Positions 28,800-39,244 of a DNA stretch of 52,123 nucleotides are shown piece by piece. Where the stretch lies: NCBI RefSeq assembly GCF_035703625.1, contig NZ_DASSXS010000211.1, positions 1 to 52,123 on the forward strand, read 5' to 3'. Position 1 is the stretch's first letter, and each line of letters begins with the position of its first letter. A program made the translations under genes and the position numbers. The notes below the pieces were generated by a model, which saw only the letters and a program-made list of their open reading frames with translations, was not told where the DNA came from and searched no databases. The stretch is from Nocardioides sp. Its GTDB lineage: Bacteria > Actinomycetota > Actinomycetes > Propionibacteriales > Nocardioidaceae.

Positions 28800-30041
28800 A
28801 TGCAGCGGATGACAACCACCCCCGGGGCACGTCAGGCCACGCTGCGCAGGCACAACCTCCGGCTCGTGCTGCGGGAGGTGCTCGAGGCATCCGTTCCCCC
28901 TTCACGTGCTGACGTCGCCGCGCGCACGGGCCTCACCCGCGCGACCGTTTCGGCGCTCGTCGACCGGCTGGTGGCGGCTGGAATGTTGACCGAGCTGCCA
29001 CCCGTGACGGGGCGAGGCGCAGGACGACCCGCCGTCCCCCTCGTCGCCGCTGGCGGCACGTTCGCGGCCATCGGCCTGGAGATCAACGTCTCCTACCTGG
29101 GCGGCCGGGCTGTGGACCTGTCGGGCCGGACGCTGGCCGAGCGCCTGGAGGTGCGCGACTTCCACCAGAGCAGCCCCAGCAAGGCCCTCGACCTCCTGGC
29201 CTCGATGGCACGCGACATGATCAAGGAGATCAGGGCGAGCGGTGTCCGGATCGTCGGCGCGGGCATCGCACTGCCCGGCATCGTCGACCGCGAGCTGGGC
29301 ACCCTTCGGCTCGCCCCCAACCTTGGCTGGCGCGACCTGCAGCTCGCCGACGTACTGACTCGCTCGCCCTTCTCCTCACTGGAGGTTGTCGAACTGGCCA
29401 ACGAGGCGAACCTTGCCGCCTGGGCCGAGGCTTGTGCTCACCCTGAGGCCCGGCCGAGCTTCCTCTACGTCTCAGGTGAGGTGGGCATCGGCTGCGGTCT
29501 CGTCTACGACGGGCAGGTGTTCCAGGGACGACGGGGCTGGAGCGGCGAGCTGGGACACACGACGGTTCAGCCGGACGGCCCGCCGTGCGCCTGTGGATCT
29601 CGCGGCTGCCTGGAGGGGTACGCCGGCCGCGATGCTGTGATGACGGGTGCGGGTCTCGACCCGTTGACGCCCGTGGAGGACCTGCTCGCCCTCCTCGAGG
29701 CGGGCAGCGCCGACGCTGGTCGGGCCGTGGATCGCGCCGGCTGGGCCCTCGGGGTGGCCCTGGCCAACGCCGTCAATCTCGTCGACATCGACGAGGTGGT
29801 GCTCGGAGGTTTCTACGCCCCACTGGCGGAACGGCTGACACCAGCGGTCGCCGAGCAGCTGCAGACGCGGGTCTTGTCCGCCGCCTGGTCCCGACCCCGG
29901 GTACGTCCGGTCGCGAGCGGGCAGCAAACGGCGATGACCGGAGCGGCGCTGTCGGTGCTCCAGAGCCTCTTCGACGACCCCAGTTCATGGGGGGCGGGCG
30001 CGGACGCGCCGCCGAGCGTCGGCAGCGCGGCCGCGCAGTAG
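28800..30041 (+). CDS. xylR: ROK family transcriptional repressor (XylR-like)
   Basis: N-terminal HTH SRADVAARTGLTRATVSALV; NEAN, GELGH, CACGSRGCLE; start 28800 or 28809. Confidence 0.9.
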   Translation: MQRMTTTPGARQATLRRHNLRLVLREVLEASVPPSRADVAARTGLTRATVSALVDRLVAAGMLTELPPVTGRGAGRPAVPLVAAGGTFAAIGLEINVSYLGGRAVDLSGRTLAERLEVRDFHQSSPSKALDLLASMARDMIKEIRASGVRIVGAGIALPGIVDRELGTLRLAPNLGWRDLQLADVLTRSPFSSLEVVELANEANLAAWAEACAHPEARPSFLYVSGEVGIGCGLVYDGQVFQGRRGWSGELGHTTVQPDGPPCACGSRGCLEGYAGRDAVMTGAGLDPLTPVEDLLALLEAGSADAGRAVDRAGWALGVALANAVNLVDIDEVVLGGFYAPLAERLTPAVAEQLQTRVLSAAWSRPRVRPVASGQQTAMTGAALSVLQSLFDDPSSWGAGADAPPSVGSAAAQ

Positions 30042-30139
30042 GCGGACGCCGGAGACCGGGCGCTGCGAACACCTTCCGACGGCGCCGCGCCTCGCCGTGG
30101 GGCTGCCCTGCGGGCCGCGACGAGAACGCGCCCGTGACC

Positions 30140-31144
30140 TCAGGCGATGACAAGGACCTTGTGCCCGCGTCTGGACACGGCCGTTTCGAGTGCCGCAGCT
30201 GCCTCGGCAAGGCCAAAGCGGTGACTGACGATCTGCCCCAGGTCGACCGCTCCGCCCTGGGCGAGCCGGATGGCCCGTGGGTACACCTCCCCCATCCGAC
30301 GCGACATGAGGATGGACAACCCCTTTCGACGCGCCAGGGAGGCCTGGAACGACGTCTGGTCTCCCTCCGGGATACCCACGAGCACGACACGGCCTCCGGG
30401 GCGGACTGCCTGGAGGGCGACGTGGACCGCCTGATCGGTGCCGGCCACCTCGAACGACACATCCACGGCTGCGTCTTGTCCTGACCAGGGCGCTCCAGCT
30501 TCCAGGAGCTCCTCTGGCGCGAGGACCACCTGCGCCCCCAGGTCGCGCGCCAGGGCTCGGCGATGCGGCAGCGGGTCCACGGCCAGGACGGAAGCGCTGC
30601 CGGAGGCCAGGAGGAGCTGGAGGAGCAGGAGGCCGATGGGACCACATCCGACGACCGCGGCGCGGTCACCTGCCCGAACGTGGCCGAGGTCGAGGGCATG
30701 GAGTGCTACGCCCAGCGGCTCGAGCAACGCCCCCTCCTCGGCGTTCATCGACTCCGGCAGTGGATGCAGGAGGGACGTCGGCCAGGAGACCAGCTCCTGC
30801 AGGCCGCCGTCCTGCTCGCCGTGCCCGGCGAACACGACGTCCGGGCAGAGATGCCTCAACCCGGCGGCACAGGTGGGGCAGCGTCGGCACGGAATGGACG
30901 GGTCGACGGCGACGAGCCGGCCGTCGAGCTCTCCGCCCTCGACCCTGCCGGAGAACTCGTGTCCGAGGACGAGGGGCCGCTGCATGCTGGCGTCGCCGAT
31001 GCTGCCCTCGGAGAACCAGTGCAGGTCCGAGCCGCACAGGCCGATCGCCTGCACCCGCACAAGCGAGCGGCCGGCGGCCTGATGCGGCGGCTGCTCGTCG
31101 CGCACCCGCAGGTCCCCGACCCCGTGCAACCTGGCCACCTTCAC
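30140..31144 (-). CDS. Zinc-dependent polyol (sorbitol/xylitol-type) dehydrogenase
   Basis: GLCGSDLH, LGHEFSG, C..C..C.......C, EPLGVALHA, GCGPIG; GTG 31144. Confidence 0.85.
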   Translation of the reverse strand: MKVARLHGVGDLRVRDEQPPHQAAGRSLVRVQAIGLCGSDLHWFSEGSIGDASMQRPLVLGHEFSGRVEGGELDGRLVAVDPSIPCRRCPTCAAGLRHLCPDVVFAGHGEQDGGLQELVSWPTSLLHPLPESMNAEEGALLEPLGVALHALDLGHVRAGDRAAVVGCGPIGLLLLQLLLASGSASVLAVDPLPHRRALARDLGAQVVLAPEELLEAGAPWSGQDAAVDVSFEVAGTDQAVHVALQAVRPGGRVVLVGIPEGDQTSFQASLARRKGLSILMSRRMGEVYPRAIRLAQGGAVDLGQIVSHRFGLAEAAAALETAVSRRGHKVLVIA

Positions 31145-31215
31145 CGCAGGCCCCCTTTCCGTTTCCGAGCGCCGCCCACGCGGCACGGTCCAGGACCGCC
31201 CACGATCCACCGGCC

Positions 31216-32694
31216 TCAGGACGTGATGTCACGCCGAGTGATCTCACCGTTGACCCGACGGCTCACGTTCAGCGAGTTCCGGTCGCGCAGCAGCTCGGGA
31301 AGGAGGCCACCGGGGATGTTCTGGAAGCACACCGGGCGCTGGAATCGTCGTGCCGCCGTGGTGCCGACACTGGTATGGATCGAGCCGACGGTCGCGGGGA
31401 ACGGCCCACCGTGCTGCATCGCCCACGACACGGCGACGCCGGTGGGCCAGCCGTTCCACACCACGCGGCCGGCCCGGCCTTCCAGCAATGGAAGCAGCCT
31501 GGCCGCGACGTCTGCATCGTCGTCGGAGCCGTGCACTGTGGCCGTGAGATTGCCTCGGAAGAGCGACGCCGCGGCGTAGAGCTCGTCGTCGTCCGCGTAC
31601 TCGACCACGATCGACGTCGGCCCGAAGCACTCTTCCAGCAGCTCCGCGGCATCCTCGATCAGCCGCGGCACGGTGGTCTTGAACAGTGACGCGGAAACCC
31701 CTCCCTCCGACTCGTCTCCGGTCACCAGCGCCTCCAGCCCGTCTCGTGCGCGAAGCCTGGCAAGACCCGCTGTGTAGCCCTGGTGGATCCGCTCGTTGAG
31801 CATCGGGGCGGCAGCCACGTCCTCGGCGGCTGCCACGATCTCCTTCTCCAGGCCGTGCCCGGTCGGCAGCAGGAGCAGCCCGGGCTTGGTGCAGAACTGT
31901 CCCACGCCCAAGGTGTAGGAGGCGACGAAGCCGGCGGCGATCTCGGAGCGCCGCTCCTCGAGGGCGCCGGTCAGGACGAACGCGGGATTCAGACTTCCGA
32001 GCTCGCCGTAGAACGGGATCGGATCCGGCCGGTTGGCGGCGACCTCATGCAGGGCCAGCCCCCCGGCCACCGAACCTGTGAAGCCACTCGCCTTGATTCG
32101 TGGATCACCCAGGGCCTCGACGCCGACCCGGTCACCGTGGACGACGGCGAGCGTTCCCTCGGGGGCCCCGGCCTCCCGGAGCGCCGTGACCATCACCTCG
32201 GCGACCGCCTCGGACAACCGTGGATGGCCGGGATGGCTCTTGACCAACACGGGACAGCCGGCCGCGAGCGCGGAGGCGGTGTCCCCACCGCAGACGCTGA
32301 AGGCGAAGGGGAAGTTGCTGGCGGCGAAGACCAGGACCGGGCCCAGTGGGACGAGCATCCGCCGAAGGTCCGGACGGGGAATCGGCTCCGCGTCCGGGTC
32401 GGCGGTGTCGATGATCGGCTCGTGCAGGGCTCCTTCCGCGAGGGCCTCGGCGAAGAGCCGGAGCTGCCCGGAGCTGCGGGCGATCTCTCCCCGCAACCGC
32501 TGCTCGGGGAGCGCGGACTCCTCCACGGCGAGCGGGACGAGGCGGTCTGCGGCGGCGTCGAGCGAGTCCGCTGCGGCGAAGATCCACGCCGCGCGCTCCG
32601 CGGGCAGCGCCGCGGCAACCGCGGGCGCCGCGGCCGCCGCGGCAGTGAGGACCTGCTCCAGCTGGTCTGCGGTGGTATTGGGAAGCTTGGTCAT
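31216..32694 (-). CDS. NADP-dependent aldehyde dehydrogenase, 2-ketoglutarate semialdehyde dehydrogenase-like
   Basis: GPVLVFAASNFPFAFS..GGDTASALAAGCPV, FTGS, ELGSLNP, GQFCTKPG, NGWPTGV, HGGPFPA; ATGA-coupled to the FAH gene. Confidence 0.9.
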   Translation of the reverse strand: MTKLPNTTADQLEQVLTAAAAAAPAVAAALPAERAAWIFAAADSLDAAADRLVPLAVEESALPEQRLRGEIARSSGQLRLFAEALAEGALHEPIIDTADPDAEPIPRPDLRRMLVPLGPVLVFAASNFPFAFSVCGGDTASALAAGCPVLVKSHPGHPRLSEAVAEVMVTALREAGAPEGTLAVVHGDRVGVEALGDPRIKASGFTGSVAGGLALHEVAANRPDPIPFYGELGSLNPAFVLTGALEERRSEIAAGFVASYTLGVGQFCTKPGLLLLPTGHGLEKEIVAAAEDVAAAPMLNERIHQGYTAGLARLRARDGLEALVTGDESEGGVSASLFKTTVPRLIEDAAELLEECFGPTSIVVEYADDDELYAAASLFRGNLTATVHGSDDDADVAARLLPLLEGRAGRVVWNGWPTGVAVSWAMQHGGPFPATVGSIHTSVGTTAARRFQRPVCFQNIPGGLLPELLRDRNSLNVSRRVNGEITRRDITS

Positions 32695-33593
32695 CGGGTC
32701 TCCTCGGGCATGGCCTCGGCCACGCGGTCGTTGAGCCACTGGAAAGGCTCCTTGCCACACTCCACTCGATTCACGAGCCTGCCGACCTCCTCGATCTCGA
32801 TCTCGACGACGTCGCCGGGCTGCAGACTGAACTCCAGCCCGGGGACGATCCCCGTCCCGGTTGCCAGCGCGGCGCCGTCAGGGAAGTAGTTGGCTCGGCA
32901 CAGGAAGTCCACCAGCTGAACCAGAGGACGGGCGAGCTGAGCGGTCGATGTCTCACCGGCGAATACCTCGGCCCGGTCGCGGCGGACCACCAGGGAGATG
33001 GCGAGGTTGGCGGCATCAGGCACCTCCCAGGCGGGCCTGATGCCCGTCGCGAGCGCGGCCGCGCCGGCGAACACCTTGGCCTGGGGAAGATAGAGCGGGT
33101 TCTCGCCCTCGATGGACCGTGAGCTCATGTCGTTGCACACCGTGTAGCCGACGATCTCGCCGTACGCGCTCACCACCACGGCAAGCTCCGGCTCGGGCAC
33201 GTCGTGCCCGGAGTCGGTCCGGATCCCCACGGGCTCACTGTCCGTCACGAGCCGCCAGGCCGGCGCCTTCGGGAAGAGCTCCGGCCGCTCCGCGGAGTAC
33301 ACCTTGTCGTAGACCGACTGCTCCGCGCTCTCCTCCATCCGCGCCCCTCGCGAACGGGCATAGGTCACGCCGGCGCACCACAGCTCGGCGCGGCCGTCCA
33401 GTGGGGCGAGCAGGCGTACGGACGCGACCTGGATCGGCTCGCCGGAGGCGGACTCGACGGTCGAGCGCAGCGCGTCGCGCCGCATCGCGAGAATCTCCGC
33501 CATGGAGCCGACACCGCTCACCGGCGTGATCCAGTCCTCCCGGCGGACCCCGACCACGGGGCCATCCCCACCGTCGTAACGGACAAGGTGCAT
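32691..33593 (-). CDS. FAH family protein, probable 2-keto-3-deoxypentonate dehydratase (XylX/KdaD-like)
   Basis: WCAGVTY.RS, YDKVYSAERPELF, PEPEL, NDMSSRSIEGENPLYLPQAK; lies between xylD and the KGSA dehydrogenase. Confidence 0.82.
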   Translation of the reverse strand: MHLVRYDGGDGPVVGVRREDWITPVSGVGSMAEILAMRRDALRSTVESASGEPIQVASVRLLAPLDGRAELWCAGVTYARSRGARMEESAEQSVYDKVYSAERPELFPKAPAWRLVTDSEPVGIRTDSGHDVPEPELAVVVSAYGEIVGYTVCNDMSSRSIEGENPLYLPQAKVFAGAAALATGIRPAWEVPDAANLAISLVVRRDRAEVFAGETSTAQLARPLVQLVDFLCRANYFPDGAALATGTGIVPGLEFSLQPGDVVEIEIEEVGRLVNRVECGKEPFQWLNDRVAEAMPEETR

Positions 33594-33669
33594 CGGCTGC
33601 TCCGTCTCTCTCGCTCGGGACCCGGACTCGGGCACCCTTGGGGTACCCGCCAGTGTCGGTACCCATCTC

Positions 33670-35472
33670 TCAGTGGTTGTGCCGGGGGATGCCCTTGGTC
33701 TGCGCCACCCGCTGGTAGGCCACCGCCGGTTCGAGGACCATCCCGTCCGCCATCTGGCCCACCATTGAACGCTGGATCTCCTGCCAGGGCGTTTGTGACT
33801 CGGGCACGGGGAACGGGGTGTCCCGCAGGATCGCGCGCCGCGCGGCGAGCTGTTCGTCCGGCAGGAGAATGTCCGCCGTTCCGGCGTTGAGGTCGACCCG
33901 AACGCGGTCGCCGGTCTGCAGGAGCGCCAGACCGCCCCCGGCGGCGGCCTCCGGGGAGGCGTTCAGGATCGAGGGGGAGCCGGAGGTTCCGGACTGGCGG
34001 CCGTCGCCCATGCATGGCAGGGAGTGCACGCCGCACTTGATGAGTGCGGCGGGAGGCTGCATGTTGACGACCTCAGCGCCGCCCGGGTAGCCGATCGGAC
34101 CGTTGCCCCGGATGACCAGGATGCAGCCCTCGTCGATCTCGAGTGACGGGTCGTCGATGCGGTCGTGGTAGTCCTCGGGCCCCTCGAAGACGATCGCTCG
34201 TCCCTCGAACACGTTCGGGTGCTCGGCGTCGGACAGGTAGCGGTTGCGGAAGTCCTCGTCGATCACGCTCGTCTTCATGATCGCGCTATCGAAGAGGTTC
34301 CCCGTCAGGACGAGGAAACCCGCATCCTGCACCAGGGGGTCCTCAAAGGTGCGAATCACCTCGGCGTCCTGGGTGACGACGTCGCGGCAGTTCTCACCAA
34401 TGGACTTCCCGTTGACCGTGTGCGCGTCCGCATGGATCAGCCCGTGCCGCATCAGTTCACTGACGACCGCCGGCACCCCGCCGGCCCGGTGATACTCCTC
34501 GCCCAGGAACCTCCCCGCCGGCTGCAGGTCGACGAGGAGCGGTACACGATGGCCGACCCTCTCCCAGTCCTCGACGCCGAGCGAAACGCCGATGTGGCGC
34601 GCGATCGCGTTGATGTGGATCGGTGCATTGGTCGAACCGCCGATTGCCGAGTTGACCACGATCGCGTTCTCGAAGGCCTCCCAGGTCAGGATGTCGGAGG
34701 GCTTGAGGTCCTCCTTCACCATCTCGACAATGCGCTTGCCGGTCAGGTAGGCCACCCGGCCGCGGTCGCGATGTGGCGCCGGGATCGTCGCCGATCCGGG
34801 AAGGCTCATGCCAAGCGCCTCGGCAAGGCTGTTCATAGTCGACGCCGTGCCCATCGTGTTGCAGTGGCCGGGCGACGGAGCGGACGATGCTACGAGCTCG
34901 ACGAACTCGGCCTCGTCGATCTCTCCCGCAGCCAGCATCTCCCTGGCCCGCCAGACGATCGTCCCCGAGCCGGTGCGCTGCCCCTTGTACCAACCGTTCA
35001 ACATCGGTCCCCCGGACAGGACGATGGCGGGAACGTTCACCGTCGCGGCCGCCATGATGCTGGCAGGGGTGGTCTTGTCGCAGCCGGTGGTCAGGACCAC
35101 GCCGTCGAGTGGATACCCGTACAGGACCTCCACGAGACCGACGTACGCGAGATTGCGGTCCAGGGCGGCCGTGGGGCGCTTCCCTGTTTCCTGGATCGGA
35201 TGCACTGGGAACTCGAACGCGACCCCGCCCATCTCCCGGATGCCCTCACGCACCCTGTGCGCCAACTCGAGATGGTGCCGGTTGCAGGGCGACAGATCCG
35301 ACCCGGTCTGCGCGATGCCGATGATCGGCCCGCCCGCCTGCAGCTCCTCCCGGGTGAGGCCCCAGTTCATGTACCTCTCGAGGTAGAGCGCGGTCATTCC
35401 GGGGTTGTCAGGGTTGTCGAACCAGTCCTGGCTGCGCAGCCTCCTGCGCGGCTGTCGTCCATCGGCAGTCAT
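33670..35472 (-). CDS. xylD: IlvD/Edd family sugar-acid dehydratase, D-xylonate dehydratase-like
   Basis: RS..WFDNPD...[42 protein letters not shown] and C-terminal PRHNH, as recalled for Caulobacter XylD. Confidence 0.88.
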   Translation of the reverse strand: MTADGRQPRRRLRSQDWFDNPDNPGMTALYLERYMNWGLTREELQAGGPIIGIAQTGSDLSPCNRHHLELAHRVREGIREMGGVAFEFPVHPIQETGKRPTAALDRNLAYVGLVEVLYGYPLDGVVLTTGCDKTTPASIMAAATVNVPAIVLSGGPMLNGWYKGQRTGSGTIVWRAREMLAAGEIDEAEFVELVASSAPSPGHCNTMGTASTMNSLAEALGMSLPGSATIPAPHRDRGRVAYLTGKRIVEMVKEDLKPSDILTWEAFENAIVVNSAIGGSTNAPIHINAIARHIGVSLGVEDWERVGHRVPLLVDLQPAGRFLGEEYHRAGGVPAVVSELMRHGLIHADAHTVNGKSIGENCRDVVTQDAEVIRTFEDPLVQDAGFLVLTGNLFDSAIMKTSVIDEDFRNRYLSDAEHPNVFEGRAIVFEGPEDYHDRIDDPSLEIDEGCILVIRGNGPIGYPGGAEVVNMQPPAALIKCGVHSLPCMGDGRQSGTSGSPSILNASPEAAAGGGLALLQTGDRVRVDLNAGTADILLPDEQLAARRAILRDTPFPVPESQTPWQEIQRSMVGQMADGMVLEPAVAYQRVAQTKGIPRHNH

Positions 35473-35626
35473 GGGCCTCCATACGTCGGCTGACTCCGCA
35501 TGTTAACCACCGACGTGGATGGCTCTGGCTCGTGAGCGTCGGATGCGGTCGACGCGTAGGCCCGCGGCACGGACTTGTGGTGCCACCCCTCAGACCGATC
35601 CGAGCCGATGGCGAGGCGATCGGTGA

Positions 35627-35866
35627 TCTAGCTAGCGGACCGTCCTGGACGAGGTCGGCACCGATGTCCTCGGCATGGAGGCGTAGGCGTGATGCCGGCT
35701 CGCCATCCATGGCACGCTTCCTGGAGCTCGCCCCGGAGTCCACGGGCCATCTGCAACTCCGTGCCAGAGACGTCCCTCGCGGTCTTTCCTGGTCGCCCTC
35801 TTCCCTGGCCGCCCCTTTGATCTCCTCGTCCACCACCTTGTCGATAGTCCGCTCCAAGATGGCGCG
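35627..35866 (-). pseudogene. Possible decayed universal stress protein
   Basis: RAILERTIDKVVDEEI ... DGEPASRLRLHAEDIGADLVQDG resembles the USP G.P...I...Aee.gADLiV.G motif; DosR-like boxes nearby. Confidence 0.45.
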
Positions 35867-35916
35867 AGAAGGTCGCGTCGCGGCTGACGGGTGACCAGCA
35901 CCTGGTCGCCGTGGTC

Positions 35917-35951
35917 AGGACCAAAGCCTGCAGACCGGGGACCCATGGCTC
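35917..35951. promoter_or_regulatory. Weak DosR-like boxes
   Basis: AGGACCAAAGCCTG (35917) and GGGACCCATGGCTC (35938). Confidence 0.4.
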
Positions 35952-36044
35952 TGGCCCTGGGGGCGACTGATGCCCACGCTGGGACCAGGACAGTCGCCGT
36001 GACCGTCATCCGGGCTGACGGCAGGGCGTCGGATCGAGGAGGCA

Positions 36045-36410
36045 GTGATGTTCGTAGCGGCAGCCGTTCTGATCACGGCAGCAGTGGCGCTCAGCGTGGC
36101 GTTCGCGCTGTTCATGCGCTCCTGGGTCCTGAGGGAGAAAGAGACAGAGACACGACTTCATGACCCGCGGACTCACACGATCGCTTATGCGATCCCCAAC
36201 GGCGTGGACCCGGTCGTCTTCGCGGTCGCCGTCGACAGGGCTGGCTTCACGCATGTGACGGAACGGTTCGGCAATGCCGAGTGCATTCGTGTCGAGTGCC
36301 CCGAGGCTGAGCGCGAACACCTCCGAAGCGTGCTGGAATCCATCCCGGTTCCTCAGTACGACGGTTCATCAGTGAGCGCCGCACACGTCGTTTTCGAGGA
36401 CGAGCGCTAG
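36045..36410 (+). CDS. Hypothetical protein with N-terminal membrane anchor
   Basis: GAGGAGG RBS, N-terminal TM helix, protein-like composition, ends V.FEDER. Confidence 0.75.
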   Translation: MMFVAAAVLITAAVALSVAFALFMRSWVLREKETETRLHDPRTHTIAYAIPNGVDPVVFAVAVDRAGFTHVTERFGNAECIRVECPEAEREHLRSVLESIPVPQYDGSSVSAAHVVFEDER

Positions 36411-36707
36411 AAGCCCGAGCCTGGCGCCCCGCCCGGCTGCGCGGACCCGCACTGGAGGACCCTGACCGGGCCCGCTCAGGACCTGGCGGTCGGGTGAGTC
36501 AACGCGCTGGCAGCCAATGTCCGACTGCACTGCGGTCGACCACGACGAACCGGTAGTTCCCGGCTGTGACGAGCAGGTCACGCACACCGTGTGCGCTGGG
36601 ACGCGCTGGCTCAGCGTCAGGAAACGCACCAGACCGTCGCCGTCACCAGCACACAGGACGGCGCCGCGTCGTGCGTTCCGGGAGAGAGCTCGAGCATGAC
36701 GGCCACC

Positions 36708-39242
36708 TCATTCGGCCGTGATGGCTCCCAGGACATCGACCTTGCTGGCCCGTCGGGCGGGTCCCACCGCAGCCAGGACACCCACGACCGCCGCAACCAC
36801 GACATAGATCGCCAGCGTCCCGACCGGCACCCGAAGCTCCGTGATGCCCTCGTCGGTGAGGGCCCGGCTGAGCGCGATGCCGGAGATGGTGCCGAGGGCA
36901 ATCCCCGTCAGGGCACCGAGCAACGCCATCAGCACCGATTCCCGTCGTACGACGGTCCTGACCTGGCGCCGCGTTCCGCCGACGGCCCGCAGGAGGGCGA
37001 GCTCGCGGGTGCGCTCGACGACGGAGAGCACGAGAGTGTTGACGATGCCGAGAATCGCCACCACGACCGCGAGCAGCAGCAGGGCCGTGACGATGCCGAG
37101 CAGCCGGTTGACGGAGTCCTGGGCCTTCTGCGTGATGTCCGCGGAGTCGTTGACGGTGACGTTCGGGTAGTCCGCGAGCGCGGCCCGGACCGCTGTCTTG
37201 ACCTCGAGGGGGTCTGCCCCTGGTGCGGCGGTCAGCAAGATGGCGCCGTCGAGCCTCGAGGTCACGTTGGCGACGAAGTCTGGCATCGTCATCACGTAGG
37301 ACGCGTTGATCAGGCTGCCCTTGCTGAACGTACCGGCCACGCGCATCGGGACGTCTCCGGTCTCGGCGAAGGTGACCGTCACCGTGTCGCCGGTGTGGAG
37401 GCCGAGCTCGTCGGCTGCGCTGGTGCCGACCAGCAGGCTGCCAGGAGCGAGCGCGTCCACGCTGCCGCTCTCGACGCCCAGATCGATGACCTGGCCCAGC
37501 CCGTCCGTGTCCATCGCCGTGACCAGTGAGCTCTCGCCGTTCACCTGGGCTGCTGTCTCCCGCAGCTCGACGACGTCGGCGACGTCGTGGCGGGTCCGCA
37601 GGAGGTCAGCCACCGACGGACTGATGCCAAGACCTGCACCGGCGGGCTCGAGGATCAGGTCCGACCGGTTACCGGCGGAGACCGCGGCAGAGACCGACTC
37701 CTTCAGCGAGGTCGCGGTCACCGCGACCGCAGCGACGACCGTCAGGCCGATCGTGAGCGCCAGGGCGGTCGCTGCCGAGCGCCGCGAGTTCCGGGCGATG
37801 TTCCGCGCGGCCATCCGCCACCCGCCGCCGCGGCGTCCGTGATCGGCGAGCCGTGCCATGCCCCGGGCCAGGGTCGGCCCCACCACGACCAGGCCGGCGA
37901 AGGTCGTGACGGTGGCGAACACCGTCGGCCAGCGCTGGTTTCCGACGACGGCGCACGCCACGAGCATCGCCAGGCCCACTGAGGTGATGACCCATCCGGC
38001 AGTACGCCGCATCCTGCGGTCCGCGCCTCTTGTCGGCTCGAGGTCGCGCAGGGCCTCCATCGGAGCCACGCGCGTGGCCGCCCAGGCCGGAGCGATCGCG
38101 GCGACCATCGTCACCAACATTCCGACGGTCAGCGCGACGACGATGGTCCTGGCCTCCAGCGCCGGAGACGTGCTGGGGAGCTCGACGCCGATCATCTCGA
38201 GCAGGAGCCGAATGGCCCTGGCGAGGCCGACCCCGAACAGAATCCCGACGACACCGGAGACCAGCCCGACCAGCGCGGCCTCGACGAGGACACCCGAGAG
38301 CACCTGCCGGCGGGTGGCCCCCACGGCCCGCAGCAAGGCCACCTCCCGGCGACGCTGTGCGACGAGCACGTTGAAGGTGTTCCAGATGACGAAGGACCCC
38401 ACCACGACCGAGACGCCGGCGAAGACGAGGAGCACGGTGGTGAAGATGCCGAGTGAGCTGCGCACCGCGTCGGTGCCTTCGGAGGCCACCTGCTCCCCCG
38501 TCAGCGCCTCGACGCCGCCGGGAAGGACGCCGGCGATTCTTTCGCGCAGCTCCTGCGCGCTGACACCGTCCGCGGCCCGGACGTCGACCTCGTCGACGAC
38601 ACCGACCTTGCCCAGCGCCCGCTGAGCGGTCGAGAGGTCGAACCCGGCCATGGTCGCGCCCAGCAGGCTGTCGGTCTCTCCGAAGCCGATGATGCCCACC
38701 AGGGTGTAGGTGCGCCTGCCGTCCTGCAGCACCACGTCGACGGAGTCGCCGAGCCCGTAGCCGGCCTTCTCGGCGGTACGCGCGTCGAGCGCCATCTCGT
38801 GAGCGCCGGATGGCGTGCGCCCCTTGCGGAACCCGGCGGCACCCGCCAACGCCGGGTCCTCGGTGAGGCTGGTGCCGAGCGTCGGTGCGCCGCCGGGCTG
38901 GATCGGGTCGCCGTGCTTGTCCAGGACCAGCGCAAAACCGAACACCGACCCCTCCGCGACCGCCACACCCGGGACATCCCGCACGGTCGCGACGATGGCC
39001 TCGTCGAGCGGGCGGAGCTGTCCGCCAGTGGTGGTGATGTCGGCGTCGTAGGCGGGTTCGGACTTCACGACCACGTCAGTCCCGGAGGTCAGCCCGGCAT
39101 ACAGCTCGTCGAAGGCCTTCACCATGGTGTCGGAGAGCACGAACGTGCCGGACACGAAGGTGACACCGACCGTGACCGCCGCGATGGTCAGCAGGAGGCG
39201 CAGCTTGTTGAGCAGCAGGTTGCGGAGCGACACCCGGAGCAT
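36708..39242 (-). CDS. FtsX/MacB-like ABC transporter permease (duplicated domains)
   Basis: IWNTFNVLVAQRRREVALLRAVGA and IVNTLVLSVVERTRELALLRAVG repeats. Confidence 0.93.
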   Translation of the reverse strand: MLRVSLRNLLLNKLRLLLTIAAVTVGVTFVSGTFVLSDTMVKAFDELYAGLTSGTDVVVKSEPAYDADITTTGGQLRPLDEAIVATVRDVPGVAVAEGSVFGFALVLDKHGDPIQPGGAPTLGTSLTEDPALAGAAGFRKGRTPSGAHEMALDARTAEKAGYGLGDSVDVVLQDGRRTYTLVGIIGFGETDSLLGATMAGFDLSTAQRALGKVGVVDEVDVRAADGVSAQELRERIAGVLPGGVEALTGEQVASEGTDAVRSSLGIFTTVLLVFAGVSVVVGSFVIWNTFNVLVAQRRREVALLRAVGATRRQVLSGVLVEAALVGLVSGVVGILFGVGLARAIRLLLEMIGVELPSTSPALEARTIVVALTVGMLVTMVAAIAPAWAATRVAPMEALRDLEPTRGADRRMRRTAGWVITSVGLAMLVACAVVGNQRWPTVFATVTTFAGLVVVGPTLARGMARLADHGRRGGGWRMAARNIARNSRRSAATALALTIGLTVVAAVAVTATSLKESVSAAVSAGNRSDLILEPAGAGLGISPSVADLLRTRHDVADVVELRETAAQVNGESSLVTAMDTDGLGQVIDLGVESGSVDALAPGSLLVGTSAADELGLHTGDTVTVTFAETGDVPMRVAGTFSKGSLINASYVMTMPDFVANVTSRLDGAILLTAAPGADPLEVKTAVRAALADYPNVTVNDSADITQKAQDSVNRLLGIVTALLLLAVVVAILGIVNTLVLSVVERTRELALLRAVGGTRRQVRTVVRRESVLMALLGALTGIALGTISGIALSRALTDEGITELRVPVGTLAIYVVVAAVVGVLAAVGPARRASKVDVLGAITAE

Positions 39243-39244
39243 CG

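Noticed and set aside
27547-28905. 741-aa ORF suggesting a fused or extended permease
   Set aside because: Only the last 288 codons (from ATG 27546) are permease; the rest is an alternative frame over araP.
14601-35900. Pentose block as a mobile element or genomic island
   Set aside because: No integrase, transposase, tRNA or flanking direct repeats seen; insertion remains an inference only.
36411-36707. 300-bp spacer with short ORFs
   Set aside because: No recognisable motif, RBS or homology by eye; may be another relic but cannot be supported.
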